A stretch of 64,000 bases of DNA, from IMG/VR virus record IMGVR_UViG_3300029199_000001; one strand, 5' to 3'. Positions 15,848 through 26,499 of this stretch are shown one piece after another (positions within the stretch are counted from its first letter, which is position 1; the number at the start of each line of letters is the position of its first letter). A model generated the notes under the pieces. The model did not search any database. It saw only the letters and a list, made by a program, of their open reading frames with translations, and was not told where the DNA came from. The stretch is from a virus. Both the position numbers and the translations under genes were made by a program.

Positions 15848-17854
15848 CTAGAACCGGTTACTGGTCTGGGCAAACGCGGAGATCGCCCGGACCGGAGCCG
15901 TGTCCATGGTCATTGACAAGAAGTTACTCGGCGAGCGCCAGTTCTTAAACCCTTGCAGTGCTCGGGTCATGTTCAGGTTCAGCCGGTTCTTGACATAGTA
16001 GGTGTCTGAGACCGGCAACGACGTGAGCACTGCCATATAATCGGAGAACAAGCTCTGCTCGTCCCAAACCTGGCTGTTGGTTGCCGCTTGAGCCAGCCCG
16101 GCGGCGGTGTCCCCACCGAGACCCTCAGCGACCAAAGTGGTACCGGCCGAGGCCAGGTCCTTGGTCCAGTTCCCTGTGGTAAACCCGCTTTTAATTGGGA
16201 TGTGCATAATGCTGGACAGGTCCACCACCGAGAAGGTCAGTTCTGCCCCCAACATGTCGTGATCAGCATTCCAGCCCACGTTACCCGTACCCCGGGTCAG
16301 GGTGATGGATTCGATCATCCCGAGCTGACATTGTACCCGACCTTGGTGAAAGATCTGGCAGATGAACGGACTGGTGTACGAACTCCGCCCTGCCGACCGT
16401 GGGAGACCGCCTGCTAACAACATGGCGATTGGTACGTACATGTTGATAAACCGCGACAACTTGTTCCCATACGGTGACGGGAGTGGGACGGTGTATTCTG
16501 CCCGTGGGAGTTGTGCCGTGGAACTATCCCACATTTTTGGGATATCAAAGAACGCTGTGCCTGTGAGCGTGGCCAAGCCGCCCAAATTGACACTGTCCAA
16601 CGCCCCAGCCACAAAACTCTGGACGTAGTTCATGGCCTCCCCGAACATGTCAGTGATGTTACCACCCATGAATGACATGCTCGCCTGCCGACCTTGGGCG
16701 ACTTTGCTGTTCAGTGTCTGGGCCACCTCGGAATCCCGCGTCGAGTTGTTGAACGACTCGGACATGGACCCGTTGTGGTTCACCCGGAAACTGGCAAACT
16801 GACTTCCGTCCCGTTGGTGTGCCCGCATGAATTCATACAGTCCTTTGAAGGACGTGTCGCCCCACGTGCTGATGGACTCGGTGGTGGCGCCCTCAGCGGC
16901 TACCTTACCAGCCTCTGATTTAAGGTACTCTTCAAAGTACTTCTGGGTAGAGATGTCTGGGTTGGGGTCGGTTTCTTTCTCCGCTACGTACTTACTAAAG
17001 TTGTCCCGGAGTTCCTGGTTGCTCCGAGCTTGTTCCTGCATACGTTCCAATGCTAGTTGGGAGTTGTCCGACATCCGCTGGGTACGAGTGGCCAAGGACA
17101 TCACATCGATACCACCCTCTTCACGAAAAATGTCCGGAAACATCGTGTGGATCTTTTTCAGCAAATCCTCATCCACGGTTTGACCCGGGTCTTTCTTCGG
17201 TGCTTTACCATCGTTACTGTAATCGAGCTGGGTGGGTGCCAAGACACGGGGTGTCAGTCCCAACCCAATGGCCATTTCGTTGGCGATGGTATTTACCGCT
17301 GACCAGTACGCGTGCATGGTCGGTTTGAAGTAGTACCACTTACTGGGCTGGTTCTTTGCCAAGAAGTCGTACACTCGTTTTACGGCGGAAACACCCATGA
17401 TGAACGGTTGCAGTGGGAGCGTTACCACGAATCCCCCGACAAAACCGGCGTTGTACCAAAGCCCAGACACCCGACCGGTGTTGGCCAGCAAGGCCGCGTT
17501 ACGGTCGTAGAAGTTGGTGAAGAAACTGGTCCAACTGGAGAACTGCGGGACCCCAAAACTCATATGGATGATCTGTTTCGGATCATCAATGGCTTCGCTG
17601 TAATACCGACCCATGCCCTGAGAGCGTTCGGCTTCCGTACGTCCCTTTCCAGGTTGCCGGATATCAGCGTACCTGGTGAACTGGGGTGGGTTGTTGATAG
17701 CCCAGTTACCACCCAGCGTAGTGTTGGTAAACTTAAAAGCCGCCGACGTGGCATACCGTCGTTTGGTTCTGCTCCCGTAGGACAACATGTCTTCACTGGT
17801 CGGCAGCAGGAAGGCATGGCGGAGCCATAAGCTGTTACGGTTCAAATTCGCCAT
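15848..17854 (-). CDS. tail tip/baseplate structural protein (phiKZ gp182-like)
   Basis: ATG at 17854 with GGAGG; directly follows the gp181-like gene; size consistent. Confidence 0.7.
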   Translation of the reverse strand: MANLNRNSLWLRHAFLLPTSEDMLSYGSRTKRRYATSAAFKFTNTTLGGNWAINNPPQFTRYADIRQPGKGRTEAERSQGMGRYYSEAIDDPKQIIHMSFGVPQFSSWTSFFTNFYDRNAALLANTGRVSGLWYNAGFVGGFVVTLPLQPFIMGVSAVKRVYDFLAKNQPSKWYYFKPTMHAYWSAVNTIANEMAIGLGLTPRVLAPTQLDYSNDGKAPKKDPGQTVDEDLLKKIHTMFPDIFREEGGIDVMSLATRTQRMSDNSQLALERMQEQARSNQELRDNFSKYVAEKETDPNPDISTQKYFEEYLKSEAGKVAAEGATTESISTWGDTSFKGLYEFMRAHQRDGSQFASFRVNHNGSMSESFNNSTRDSEVAQTLNSKVAQGRQASMSFMGGNITDMFGEAMNYVQSFVAGALDSVNLGGLATLTGTAFFDIPKMWDSSTAQLPRAEYTVPLPSPYGNKLSRFINMYVPIAMLLAGGLPRSAGRSSYTSPFICQIFHQGRVQCQLGMIESITLTRGTGNVGWNADHDMLGAELTFSVVDLSSIMHIPIKSGFTTGNWTKDLASAGTTLVAEGLGGDTAAGLAQAATNSQVWDEQSLFSDYMAVLTSLPVSDTYYVKNRLNLNMTRALQGFKNWRSPSNFLSMTMDTAPVRAISAFAQTSNRF

Positions 17855-17908
17855 TCTTACCTCCGGATAAAAGGTCCCCGGCGCATTGCCGGGGACCAAC
17901 AGGGTTGA

Positions 17909-20900
17909 TTACTCTTTCAGGTTCACCGGTAGTGGCGTGCTACGAGATCCTGGCCCTTGAGGCGGGCGTGTTGGTTTACTCGTATCATTGGACGGTCTTT
18001 CCTGTCCAGTCCCACCACTGCTTGAGGTGCTCGCCTCATCCACTTTGGCGCCGGCTATATTACCCGCAATTTCTTTCAGGTAATCCCGCATGGATTCTTG
18101 GATCTTCAACTGTTTCTCCATCACCATGCCCATCTCTTTCGAGTAGTTCGCCGTTTGGGCGTTTTGGACTTGCTGACGTCGATCGGCCGCCAGCGCCTGA
18201 CGACGCTGTTCAGCCTGATGTTGAATCACCGGATCTTCCTGCGGGGTATTCGGCACACCGGACGCGCCGGGTGCACCAGTCGGTGGTCGTCCTTGACCCA
18301 TGGACATACCGGGCGAGGCGCTGGTTTGGTTCACAGGATTCACGGTCGAACTGGCACGTTGGGCCATGCTGATTGGCGCTTGTCCCGGCGGGCGACCCAC
18401 CTGAGACTTGTGTTTATACGCCGTTGGCATGTCCGCACCGTTCACCTGAATCATGTCCCCATTGGCGACCTGAGGTTGAGCGGGGGAGTACTGTTCATCG
18501 TTGGCGGTGTGTTGTCCACTGTCACGCCCACCGAAACCATGGCGATGCTTGGCCACCTTCTCGTCCATGACCTGATAGACTTCCCCGATGGTCCGGGCTC
18601 GTCCACTGGGTAGGATGAAGATCGACTTGTTCGCTTTGGCAGCGGCAGGGAACACCTGCGATGCAATCGCGTTGGTGTCCTGTTTGAGGAACTTAACCGC
18701 ACCGGCCGCACCCAGGAAATGAGCCAGGTACAGATCGGTGTCACTGGGTCGACGACCCAGTTCCTCAACGATGAAGTTGTAGTTTCCTTTCAAGAACTCC
18801 GCCCCCATCAGGGCGTTGGCACGCGGGTCCTTACGAAGCGACCGCTGGCCGTCGTCGGCTGGCAATTGGTACTTACTTCCGTGCTCGTTCAGCATCTGAT
18901 CCCAAGTCGCGTTGATGAACTGGAACCACCCTGTCGCACTGGACGTTGGGGCCGTGACCAGATAATCGAACGCCGACTCGATGGACACGAACGTGACCAA
19001 AATACCAAGATCGACACCCGTCATTTGGGCAACCGCACTCAGTGTCGGAATCGCCGCTTCCATGGACTTATTACTGCGAGGCATTGGGATGGTCTCCCAC
19101 ACCCCGCCGTTGCCTTTGGTGAACCCGTCAAACACATTTCCTTTCATCTGTACCTGACCCTTGGGCATGTACTGCTGCCACATGGGTCCGCCGTCTGAGG
19201 TCCATGACGGACGACCGCCCCCACCACGCTGGGTTGGGTTTGGACGCGTACCAATACCGGTCGGTTGCCCATGGATGTCCCGGGGCTTTTGTTGACGACT
19301 GGTATCGTTGGCTTGACTTTGAGTAGCTTCAGCGGCTTTTGCTTGTGGCTTCTCTTTCACCTCCTTAGCGACACGTTTCATGAACTCGTAATCGACCTCG
19401 GCCAGTTTAGCGACCTCTTGCCAATCCGGTTCTTCTGCCTGAATGTAATCGTGGGTTTGCCAGATGTTTTGCGTGTAGCGGTCGGTACCGCTACCCCGAA
19501 TGACCCGCATGTTCACGATTCGAGTGGCGACCTGAAGCTTCTGGTCCATGGTCATGTCCAACTCCGCCGTGGCGTAGTTTTCGGTGGTGCCTGTTTGTAG
19601 GACCCCTTGGACATACTCTTTCACCACTTGTCCCATCTTCTTCTGTAACCAGACACCGAATCGGAACGGCCCTTCGTGACCGGAGACCACCGGCACATTC
19701 GGGTAATGCTCTTGCCACCAATCAAACAGTTCGCGTGGTTTCAAACTGAACGACATGCGTGAACCATTACCACTGCGCTGCACCGTCACACCGTCAAATA
19801 CTCGGTCTTCCAGTGCCAGCAACGCTTCGGCGGTGGGTTGGTCCAGATCCGAGCCAAACCCGTACGCCCGTAGACGTAGGGCCTGAAGTGGAGTGATGGC
19901 AATGTCGGTGGTTTGACTTTGCATCCCACTGGGCTTACCGAACCCGGCGGGCCCACTGCCGGTAGTAGAAGCAATGGTAACCACACCGCCGCCAGCAGCC
20001 GCAACGGCCCGATTGGCACCACCGCGACCACGATTGAACTGGTACGGCTTGATGTCCTCGGGGTTGATTCCACTGAGGCCGTTTTGGCGGTTCGCCGTCT
20101 GTGTTGCTCGGTCTCTGACGCGCCGTCTGGCATTGGCCGACGCGCCACTGGTTGCCGCTGCAACGGCTGTCTTCCCAGCGGTGGACGACCCGTCCTCGTC
20201 GTGTTCCTTGTACACCTCCTTCACTTCTTCGATGCGATCCTTGATGTCGTCCATGTCTATCCCTACGGTATCGCCGGGATCGAACGGATCGTGCATGTAC
20301 AGGTATGGGCTGTTCTCATTATCCTTGAACGTAACCATATCCAAGAACTTCATACCCTTTTCTTTGGGCAGTTTGTCATCCAGTTCCTGAATGGTGACTT
20401 CCGGTGCCAGCTCCGCCAGCGCGTGATTGTACGCTAAGAAGATCGGTTTGAAACGATGTTCCAACCAACCAGCGAATACCGCCACCTCCTCTTCGTCGTC
20501 CTTATCAACCCCTGAGACTTCGAAGAGTTTTTCCATGTCGATTTTGTTCAGTTCCAGTTTGGGCATACCGGATGACTGGTGAACCACACCCGGAGACAGA
20601 ACGTCCTCAATGTCCAGGACCTTGCCAGGGTTGCTCCAGCCGTTGGGTGAGAAACCGTACTGCGTGAGGCGCAGTTCCCGGAATACACCGGAAGCACGCT
20701 TGCGCTTCTTGTAGTACATGTAACCGCCCACGGCCACACCACCAACCACCGCAGCGGTGATCGCCACAGGTGCCGTGATCGCGCCAGCGATGGCACTGCC
20801 AGCGGCCATGGCACCCCGTGCCAGCCAGCCTTTGGGTCCGAGGAACGACTTCCCGACGTTCAGTGCGCGAGCACCCCATTTCGACCCAGCCACGCTGCGT

Positions 20901-23900
20901 CCCAGGCCTTTAACTTTGTCCCAACCGCCTTTGGCGAGGTTCTTAGCACCCTGCCACAAACGACCGATCTTGCCTCGGGGTTTGCGCGAACGATTCCGAC
21001 GATTCCGGCGTTTCTTACGGTCCTTGTCTTCCTTGTCACCCCCGTTGTACTCGCCGTACGCGTTGATGTCGCCATCGTCTTCTTCCTCCTCCTCTTCTTC
21101 GTCCCAGCGACCGCCAGCGCCCAGTAGGCCACCGACACCACCGAAGAGGCGCTTGAGTAGACTGCCTTCGCGCTTTTCGGATTCCTCCTCTGCCGCTTCT
21201 TCCTTGTCCTCCTTCTTCCGGCGGGCCAGGATACTCTGCCACGACCCTTTCTCCGGATCTTCGTCCGGCAGGCGTTTGTCCAACGTTTTCAGAATGCGTT
21301 TGAGCAGACCATCCGTTGGTGTCTTCGCCGCATCTTCTGGAACCTCCTCCTCATCGTCGTTCAGCCACTCCCCAACTTTATCTCGAAGGGGCTTGGCCGT
21401 AAGGAACGACCCGATCTTTCCAGGCACTTTGGGTAGTTTGGCCAAGCGACCCGGAAGCTTCCGGTAATAGTTCTTGGTCCAGTTCCAGTAAGCACCCGCA
21501 GCCTTCTTAGCCAGTCCAGTGGTACCCGCCCGAATCATTCGACGTACGATGCCTTGAGCGGCCCGGTGTTTCTTACCGCCAGCTGTAACCAGTTCTTGGC
21601 GCTCTTCAGCGCTGAGAATCATGTTACCGTCGGCATCGACCACACCACCTTTAATGGCATCGAACGACGTAATGGCGTCGCCACTCTCCGCATCGAAGTA
21701 CTGTCCGCGCTTCAGACCTTGAACCGTAATGCGCGGTTCGTCTTCACCAGGCAAATACGCGTCGCGGTCCTTACCTTTCAACAGACGACCCACACCACGG
21801 GCAGCCGCACGGCCGGCCGTCATACCCACACGACCCAGAAGTTTACCAGGGGCGGTGGTGATCGACAGGTACCGACTCATGAACGCTTTGGCGCGACCAC
21901 TCTTTACAGAGCGACCTTCGTTGTCCACCAAACCGGTTTCATACTCCTCGGGGGTCACAACCGTGTTGCCGTCTTCATCCTTGACTTCCCCGGTGATGTC
22001 ATCGGCGGTTTCAATGCGTTCCCCGCTGTTGACATCGTAGTACTTACCGGCCTTGATGTCGCGAGCCAACATCAACGGCTCTTCGCGATTGGGTAGGTAA
22101 ATGTCCTTAAGCTCGTTGACTTTGGCGGCCCAGTCTTGAACCTGGCTGCGTACGCCGCGTCCGAAGCTTCCGGCAATTCCTTGACCACGCTCCATCGCAT
22201 CGGCGATCATGCTGCTCTTCAGTGACCGGCCGGTACTGTCCTGCAGGTCCCCGGCCAAGTCGGCGGCGGTGGCCACCACCCAGCCTGAACGGTTGCGAAT
22301 CTCCCCAGTAACGTCTTTCAGGGAACGAATCACATTACCGGTGTTTACGTCAATGTAATTGCCGGCCTGTAGGTCACGTCCCAACAGCAACGGTTGCTCC
22401 CGCAGTCCGTTGTAGACATCCCCAACGGGTGTGAAAGCGTCCTTTGCTTTATTGACCTGGCTGGTCACAAACGACATGGAGGTGTCGGTGACCGGTTGGA
22501 ACTTACTGAACACATCGGGGTTAAAACCCATGCCCTTTGATTTTTCCCGGACGGTATCTACCCGACGATTCAACGCGTCCCGACCGGCCTGAGCCGTCCC
22601 TTTCCAGTCGTGTTCCCGAGCCTCATTGATCCGTGTACTGAGGACATCCCCCGCGTTCCTTACGCGGTCGTTAAGCTTTTGACGGAAACTCGGCGAGTCG
22701 TTTGGTGGGGTGGTGGGTCCACCACCGGTACCCATCTCAGGCGGTTCCGGGTCAACAACCGGGTCACCGCTGCGGTACAGTTCCCAAATGCGGTCGTAGT
22801 TAATCCGATCGACCCCGTGCTTGCTGTCAATCAGACCCAGTTCCCGCAGCATTTCTTGCGAGCCGGCCCCGTGGAGACGGCGCAGTTCGCCCCGTGGGTC
22901 GGGTACGACGTTTCTCAACTCCAAGAACGCATTGGAGTACGCATCCAACCGCTCGAAGTTGTCCTTACTGCGAACCAGACGGCCGTTGCTGTCAAACTCA
23001 AACCGATTCTTGAAGAACGAGGTCAGTTCTTCTACGGTCTCTTCGTCCGTATCGGCACTGTACCCACCTTCGGCGTACTGACGGGCATCGAACCGCCCGC
23101 CTCGGGCCGCGTCTCGGAGCAGACGTTCACGCAACGCTTCTTGTGCTTGGGGTGATAGCTCCCCGTCCCCATCGTAACTGCCAATCACCTCATCGAGGGT
23201 GTTGTTGATGTTCTGACGCTGGACTTCGGTGACCACCCGTTTGCGGGCGTTGGCTTTGGCTTCTTTAAAGCCGCTGAACTTACCGGAGGTAACGTCGTAG
23301 ACTTCCCGGTCCAAATCGTCCCGACCGGTTCGCATCATTCGGGTTTCGTGTAACAGTCGAGACAGATACCCAGGAATGATGTCCACAATCGACCGCTGGG
23401 TCAGCTGGTTAAACGCCGCCTCCCGGTCAATGGTTTGATAGGAACCGTCCTTGATCTGGTCATCCAAGAAATAACTGGGTGCAACCGAACGTACCGCGTT
23501 CTTGAGCATACCCCGCCAGCCGGCGGTGTTGTTCAGATCCTGCGTGTAGTCCTGGATCATGGACCCAGCGTTATTCATGGCGTAGTTCGCCAGGTGGTCA
23601 TAACCACCCATGCGATCACTGGCCTTCCGCATAAACGGTCGGGCCAGGCGCGACAGGAATGGAATGGCGTAACGCTGTGCCTGTTCGGACGCTTCACTGC
23701 CGGCCATCCGACCAATGGTCTCAGAGGTAATCGGCGGACCACCCATTGAGAGCATAGACCCAACACCACGGACACCCGAGATAGCCTTGTCTTTGATGTT
23801 CTCTTTCAACTGCGGTAGGTAGTTGGCCATGTACTCGGCCAACGTCTGAGACATCATACCGCTGATCGCACTGGACGTCCGGTCCTGCATCCCGAACCGA

Positions 23901-24757
23901 ACCCGTTCGGCTTGGGTGGTTTTGGCATGATCCGGCAAGCCGGTGTTGTGAACAATGGCGGAGTAGGCGTTTTCGTGCAGCTTCTTGGTGGCGTCGGCAT
24001 AGCTCCGCAGATCACGCAGCACGAAATAGCTGCGGTACTGCATCTCCAGAGACTTGCGCTGATACCGGTACGTGATCTGGTCTTGGTAGGTAACCTGATG
24101 CTCAACCGATCCACGAATGGCACCCAACTGACGGTTGATGCCGTCGATTTGACCACGCTTGATTTGTTCGTGGATGGACCGTTCAATCCGTTCAGACTCA
24201 AACCGACGTTGAGCGGATTGCTCACTGGTCTGAGCTTCCTCACGGTAGGACTCGTCCAGTCCCTCCAACGCTTGCCTTAGAATTTCGGCTTCTTCGTTGG
24301 CCTTGCTTTCTTCTTGAAGCTGGGACAGGGTCCGACGGTCACGGCTGGCAAAACCCTTCCGGGCATCGCTGACCCGGGACTCGATCTTGTCGTACGCCCG
24401 CTTCGGCGCAAACCGCTTCAGTTTAGGCAGTAGTTGCTCAGTCTTCGAAGCAATGGTCTCTAGGTCATCGTCGGCGTGTTCAGCGACACTGCGGGCGATG
24501 TCCGCCCCTTCTTCCCATGCGGTTTCCGCCCCCGCCATTGCCCGGGAATACCCGTCGGGCAGTGCACCCCGTAGGAAGTTACGCATCATGGTGCGGGTTT
24601 TGGTTTGCTCCAAAAACCCACGTTTGAAGTTCACCGTGAATTTACGAACCGGACCTTCGGGTTGGTCCGGTATATCAAAACCGTCGTCGAGATCGTCCAG
24701 ATCCAAAGAAGGAAGGGCGAACTCGTCATCGGCGAGATCTTTACGTTTGTCTGCCAT
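17909..24757 (-). CDS. large tail (tape measure-like) protein with lytic transglycosylase domain (phiKZ gp181-like, 2282 aa)
   Basis: SLT motifs VSIESAF, SSATGWFQFINATW and LYLAHFLG near the C-terminus; size and position next to the vRNAP genes. Confidence 0.88.
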   Translation of the reverse strand: MADKRKDLADDEFALPSLDLDDLDDGFDIPDQPEGPVRKFTVNFKRGFLEQTKTRTMMRNFLRGALPDGYSRAMAGAETAWEEGADIARSVAEHADDDLETIASKTEQLLPKLKRFAPKRAYDKIESRVSDARKGFASRDRRTLSQLQEESKANEEAEILRQALEGLDESYREEAQTSEQSAQRRFESERIERSIHEQIKRGQIDGINRQLGAIRGSVEHQVTYQDQITYRYQRKSLEMQYRSYFVLRDLRSYADATKKLHENAYSAIVHNTGLPDHAKTTQAERVRFGMQDRTSSAISGMMSQTLAEYMANYLPQLKENIKDKAISGVRGVGSMLSMGGPPITSETIGRMAGSEASEQAQRYAIPFLSRLARPFMRKASDRMGGYDHLANYAMNNAGSMIQDYTQDLNNTAGWRGMLKNAVRSVAPSYFLDDQIKDGSYQTIDREAAFNQLTQRSIVDIIPGYLSRLLHETRMMRTGRDDLDREVYDVTSGKFSGFKEAKANARKRVVTEVQRQNINNTLDEVIGSYDGDGELSPQAQEALRERLLRDAARGGRFDARQYAEGGYSADTDEETVEELTSFFKNRFEFDSNGRLVRSKDNFERLDAYSNAFLELRNVVPDPRGELRRLHGAGSQEMLRELGLIDSKHGVDRINYDRIWELYRSGDPVVDPEPPEMGTGGGPTTPPNDSPSFRQKLNDRVRNAGDVLSTRINEAREHDWKGTAQAGRDALNRRVDTVREKSKGMGFNPDVFSKFQPVTDTSMSFVTSQVNKAKDAFTPVGDVYNGLREQPLLLGRDLQAGNYIDVNTGNVIRSLKDVTGEIRNRSGWVVATAADLAGDLQDSTGRSLKSSMIADAMERGQGIAGSFGRGVRSQVQDWAAKVNELKDIYLPNREEPLMLARDIKAGKYYDVNSGERIETADDITGEVKDEDGNTVVTPEEYETGLVDNEGRSVKSGRAKAFMSRYLSITTAPGKLLGRVGMTAGRAAARGVGRLLKGKDRDAYLPGEDEPRITVQGLKRGQYFDAESGDAITSFDAIKGGVVDADGNMILSAEERQELVTAGGKKHRAAQGIVRRMIRAGTTGLAKKAAGAYWNWTKNYYRKLPGRLAKLPKVPGKIGSFLTAKPLRDKVGEWLNDDEEEVPEDAAKTPTDGLLKRILKTLDKRLPDEDPEKGSWQSILARRKKEDKEEAAEEESEKREGSLLKRLFGGVGGLLGAGGRWDEEEEEEEDDGDINAYGEYNGGDKEDKDRKKRRNRRNRSRKPRGKIGRLWQGAKNLAKGGWDKVKGLGRSVAGSKWGARALNVGKSFLGPKGWLARGAMAAGSAIAGAITAPVAITAAVVGGVAVGGYMYYKKRKRASGVFRELRLTQYGFSPNGWSNPGKVLDIEDVLSPGVVHQSSGMPKLELNKIDMEKLFEVSGVDKDDEEEVAVFAGWLEHRFKPIFLAYNHALAELAPEVTIQELDDKLPKEKGMKFLDMVTFKDNENSPYLYMHDPFDPGDTVGIDMDDIKDRIEEVKEVYKEHDEDGSSTAGKTAVAAATSGASANARRRVRDRATQTANRQNGLSGINPEDIKPYQFNRGRGGANRAVAAAGGGVVTIASTTGSGPAGFGKPSGMQSQTTDIAITPLQALRLRAYGFGSDLDQPTAEALLALEDRVFDGVTVQRSGNGSRMSFSLKPRELFDWWQEHYPNVPVVSGHEGPFRFGVWLQKKMGQVVKEYVQGVLQTGTTENYATAELDMTMDQKLQVATRIVNMRVIRGSGTDRYTQNIWQTHDYIQAEEPDWQEVAKLAEVDYEFMKRVAKEVKEKPQAKAAEATQSQANDTSRQQKPRDIHGQPTGIGTRPNPTQRGGGGRPSWTSDGGPMWQQYMPKGQVQMKGNVFDGFTKGNGGVWETIPMPRSNKSMEAAIPTLSAVAQMTGVDLGILVTFVSIESAFDYLVTAPTSSATGWFQFINATWDQMLNEHGSKYQLPADDGQRSLRKDPRANALMGAEFLKGNYNFIVEELGRRPSDTDLYLAHFLGAAGAVKFLKQDTNAIASQVFPAAAKANKSIFILPSGRARTIGEVYQVMDEKVAKHRHGFGGRDSGQHTANDEQYSPAQPQVANGDMIQVNGADMPTAYKHKSQVGRPPGQAPISMAQRASSTVNPVNQTSASPGMSMGQGRPPTGAPGASGVPNTPQEDPVIQHQAEQRRQALAADRRQQVQNAQTANYSKEMGMVMEKQLKIQESMRDYLKEIAGNIAGAKVDEASTSSSGGTGQERPSNDTSKPTRPPQGPGSRSTPLPVNLKE

Positions 24758-24848
24758 GATATAACCTCATGGTTTGGGTAAATGAGTCATATCGTTCTGC
24801 GGCTTGGGAACCTTGCCTTAGAAACGGTAAACACAAAAAGGCATTGAC

Positions 24849-26489
24849 ATGAAAAAAGCATTGCTACCATTGAATCTGGACCTACTGGTCCCGACACCGG
24901 AACAGTTGCGAATGCTTCGTCCGGTGACGACGTTGGACATCATTGACGGTCCTGGAGGGAACTTCCACGAAGATGGTTTGTTTTCCACGCAAACCTTTGG
25001 CCGTGTTGGCGATCCAGATCGAGATCGGCGGTTTGGTTACATCGACGTCAAGATTCCCATCATGCACCCGGTGGTGTACACCCGTCTGGTAAAATTGAAA
25101 TCGCTGTACGGCGACATTCTGTCCGGTCGCGCCTACGCCAAGTTCAACCCCGAAATCGGCGACTTTGAAAAGGCCACTGAATTGGACGGTCAAACCGGGT
25201 ACGCCTTCTTCACCTCACACTGGGAAGTCCTGAAGCCCAAGAAAACCGGATCGGCGATCCGTGACCTTCGGGTGACGTTGGTGGACAAATACCGGGACAA
25301 AGCGTTCCTTGACAAATTGTTGGTTCTGCCAGCGGGCCTGCGAGATGCCGAAATCGACGCCACCGGTCGGTTGTCCATGGACGAGGTGAACGAAATCTAT
25401 CAAAAGGTGTTGATGTTGACCCGGACCCTACCCGATCGAGTGACGGCCCGCGACGACCTGAGTCTGTACGACCGGACCCGTTACAGTCTGACCCTTCGGT
25501 TGGTGGAGCTGTACGAGCACTTTGAGAAACTGCTCTCCGGTAAAGGCGGTTTCATTCAACGACGTTGGGCTTCGCGTCGGGTCTTCAATACCACTCGAAA
25601 TGTTCTGTCCTCCTTGGATACGTCAGCGGTGGATCTGGATGCACGCAACCGACCTCAGTTTAACGACGTGGTGGTTGGGCTGTATCAAGCCTCCAAGTGC
25701 GTGTTACCCAAAGTCATTTATGCCTTGAAGACGGGTGTGGTCGGTGAGATCTTCCAGACTGAGGCGAACAACGTCGAACTGGTAGAACCCAAGACCCTGA
25801 AACGGACATGGGTGGAAGTGGCAAACGAAGACATCGATCGGTGGGGCACTGACGAGGGACTGGAAAAAGTGGTCCACGAACTGTCGGTGGTGGAGAAACG
25901 TCATCAGCCGGTGAAAGTGGCCGACCATTACTTGGCGTTAATTTACACTGACGATCAAGAAAACTACAAGATCATGCGCAGCATCGATGATCTTCCCGAA
26001 GGCCTCGACCCCAAACGGGTTCGTCCCACCACGTACCTGGAGTTGATCTACCTCAGTGGCGTGAGCATGTGGAACAAGAACCACGCGTTCGTAACTCGCT
26101 ACCCGGTCGAAAACTTCATGTCCTCCATTCCCTGTCGCATGTACGTGAAGACCACGGTGACGGGGGAAATGCGCTACGAGTTGGACGAGAACTTCGAACG
26201 CAAGGGCGATGACTACGTGGCGTTGGAGTTTCCAGTCTTCCCACCCAACGAAACACCACAGTACCACGACTCCACGTCGGTCAACCCCAGTCGTTTGGGT
26301 CCTTTGGGCGCCGACTTTGATGGCGACACCGTCTCGGTACTGTCGGCGTACTCCAAAGAAGCCGCTGAAGAGGCGGAACGGTATTTCAAAACCCGAGCCG
26401 CGTATTTGCGGGCCGGTGGTGGTCTGGCGTTCAGTGTGAACGTCCACACCGTCGCGCTGGCCATGCGTTTTATGACAGGCCCACAATAA
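24849..26489 (+). CDS. rpoC: virion RNA polymerase beta' subunit, N-terminal part (phiKZ gp180-like)
   Basis: EDGLFSTQTFG, RFGYIDVKIPIMHP and catalytic GADFDGD. Confidence 0.93.
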   Translation: MKKALLPLNLDLLVPTPEQLRMLRPVTTLDIIDGPGGNFHEDGLFSTQTFGRVGDPDRDRRFGYIDVKIPIMHPVVYTRLVKLKSLYGDILSGRAYAKFNPEIGDFEKATELDGQTGYAFFTSHWEVLKPKKTGSAIRDLRVTLVDKYRDKAFLDKLLVLPAGLRDAEIDATGRLSMDEVNEIYQKVLMLTRTLPDRVTARDDLSLYDRTRYSLTLRLVELYEHFEKLLSGKGGFIQRRWASRRVFNTTRNVLSSLDTSAVDLDARNRPQFNDVVVGLYQASKCVLPKVIYALKTGVVGEIFQTEANNVELVEPKTLKRTWVEVANEDIDRWGTDEGLEKVVHELSVVEKRHQPVKVADHYLALIYTDDQENYKIMRSIDDLPEGLDPKRVRPTTYLELIYLSGVSMWNKNHAFVTRYPVENFMSSIPCRMYVKTTVTGEMRYELDENFERKGDDYVALEFPVFPPNETPQYHDSTSVNPSRLGPLGADFDGDTVSVLSAYSKEAAEEAERYFKTRAAYLRAGGGLAFSVNVHTVALAMRFMTGPQ

Positions 26490-26499
26490 GGTAGTTGAC

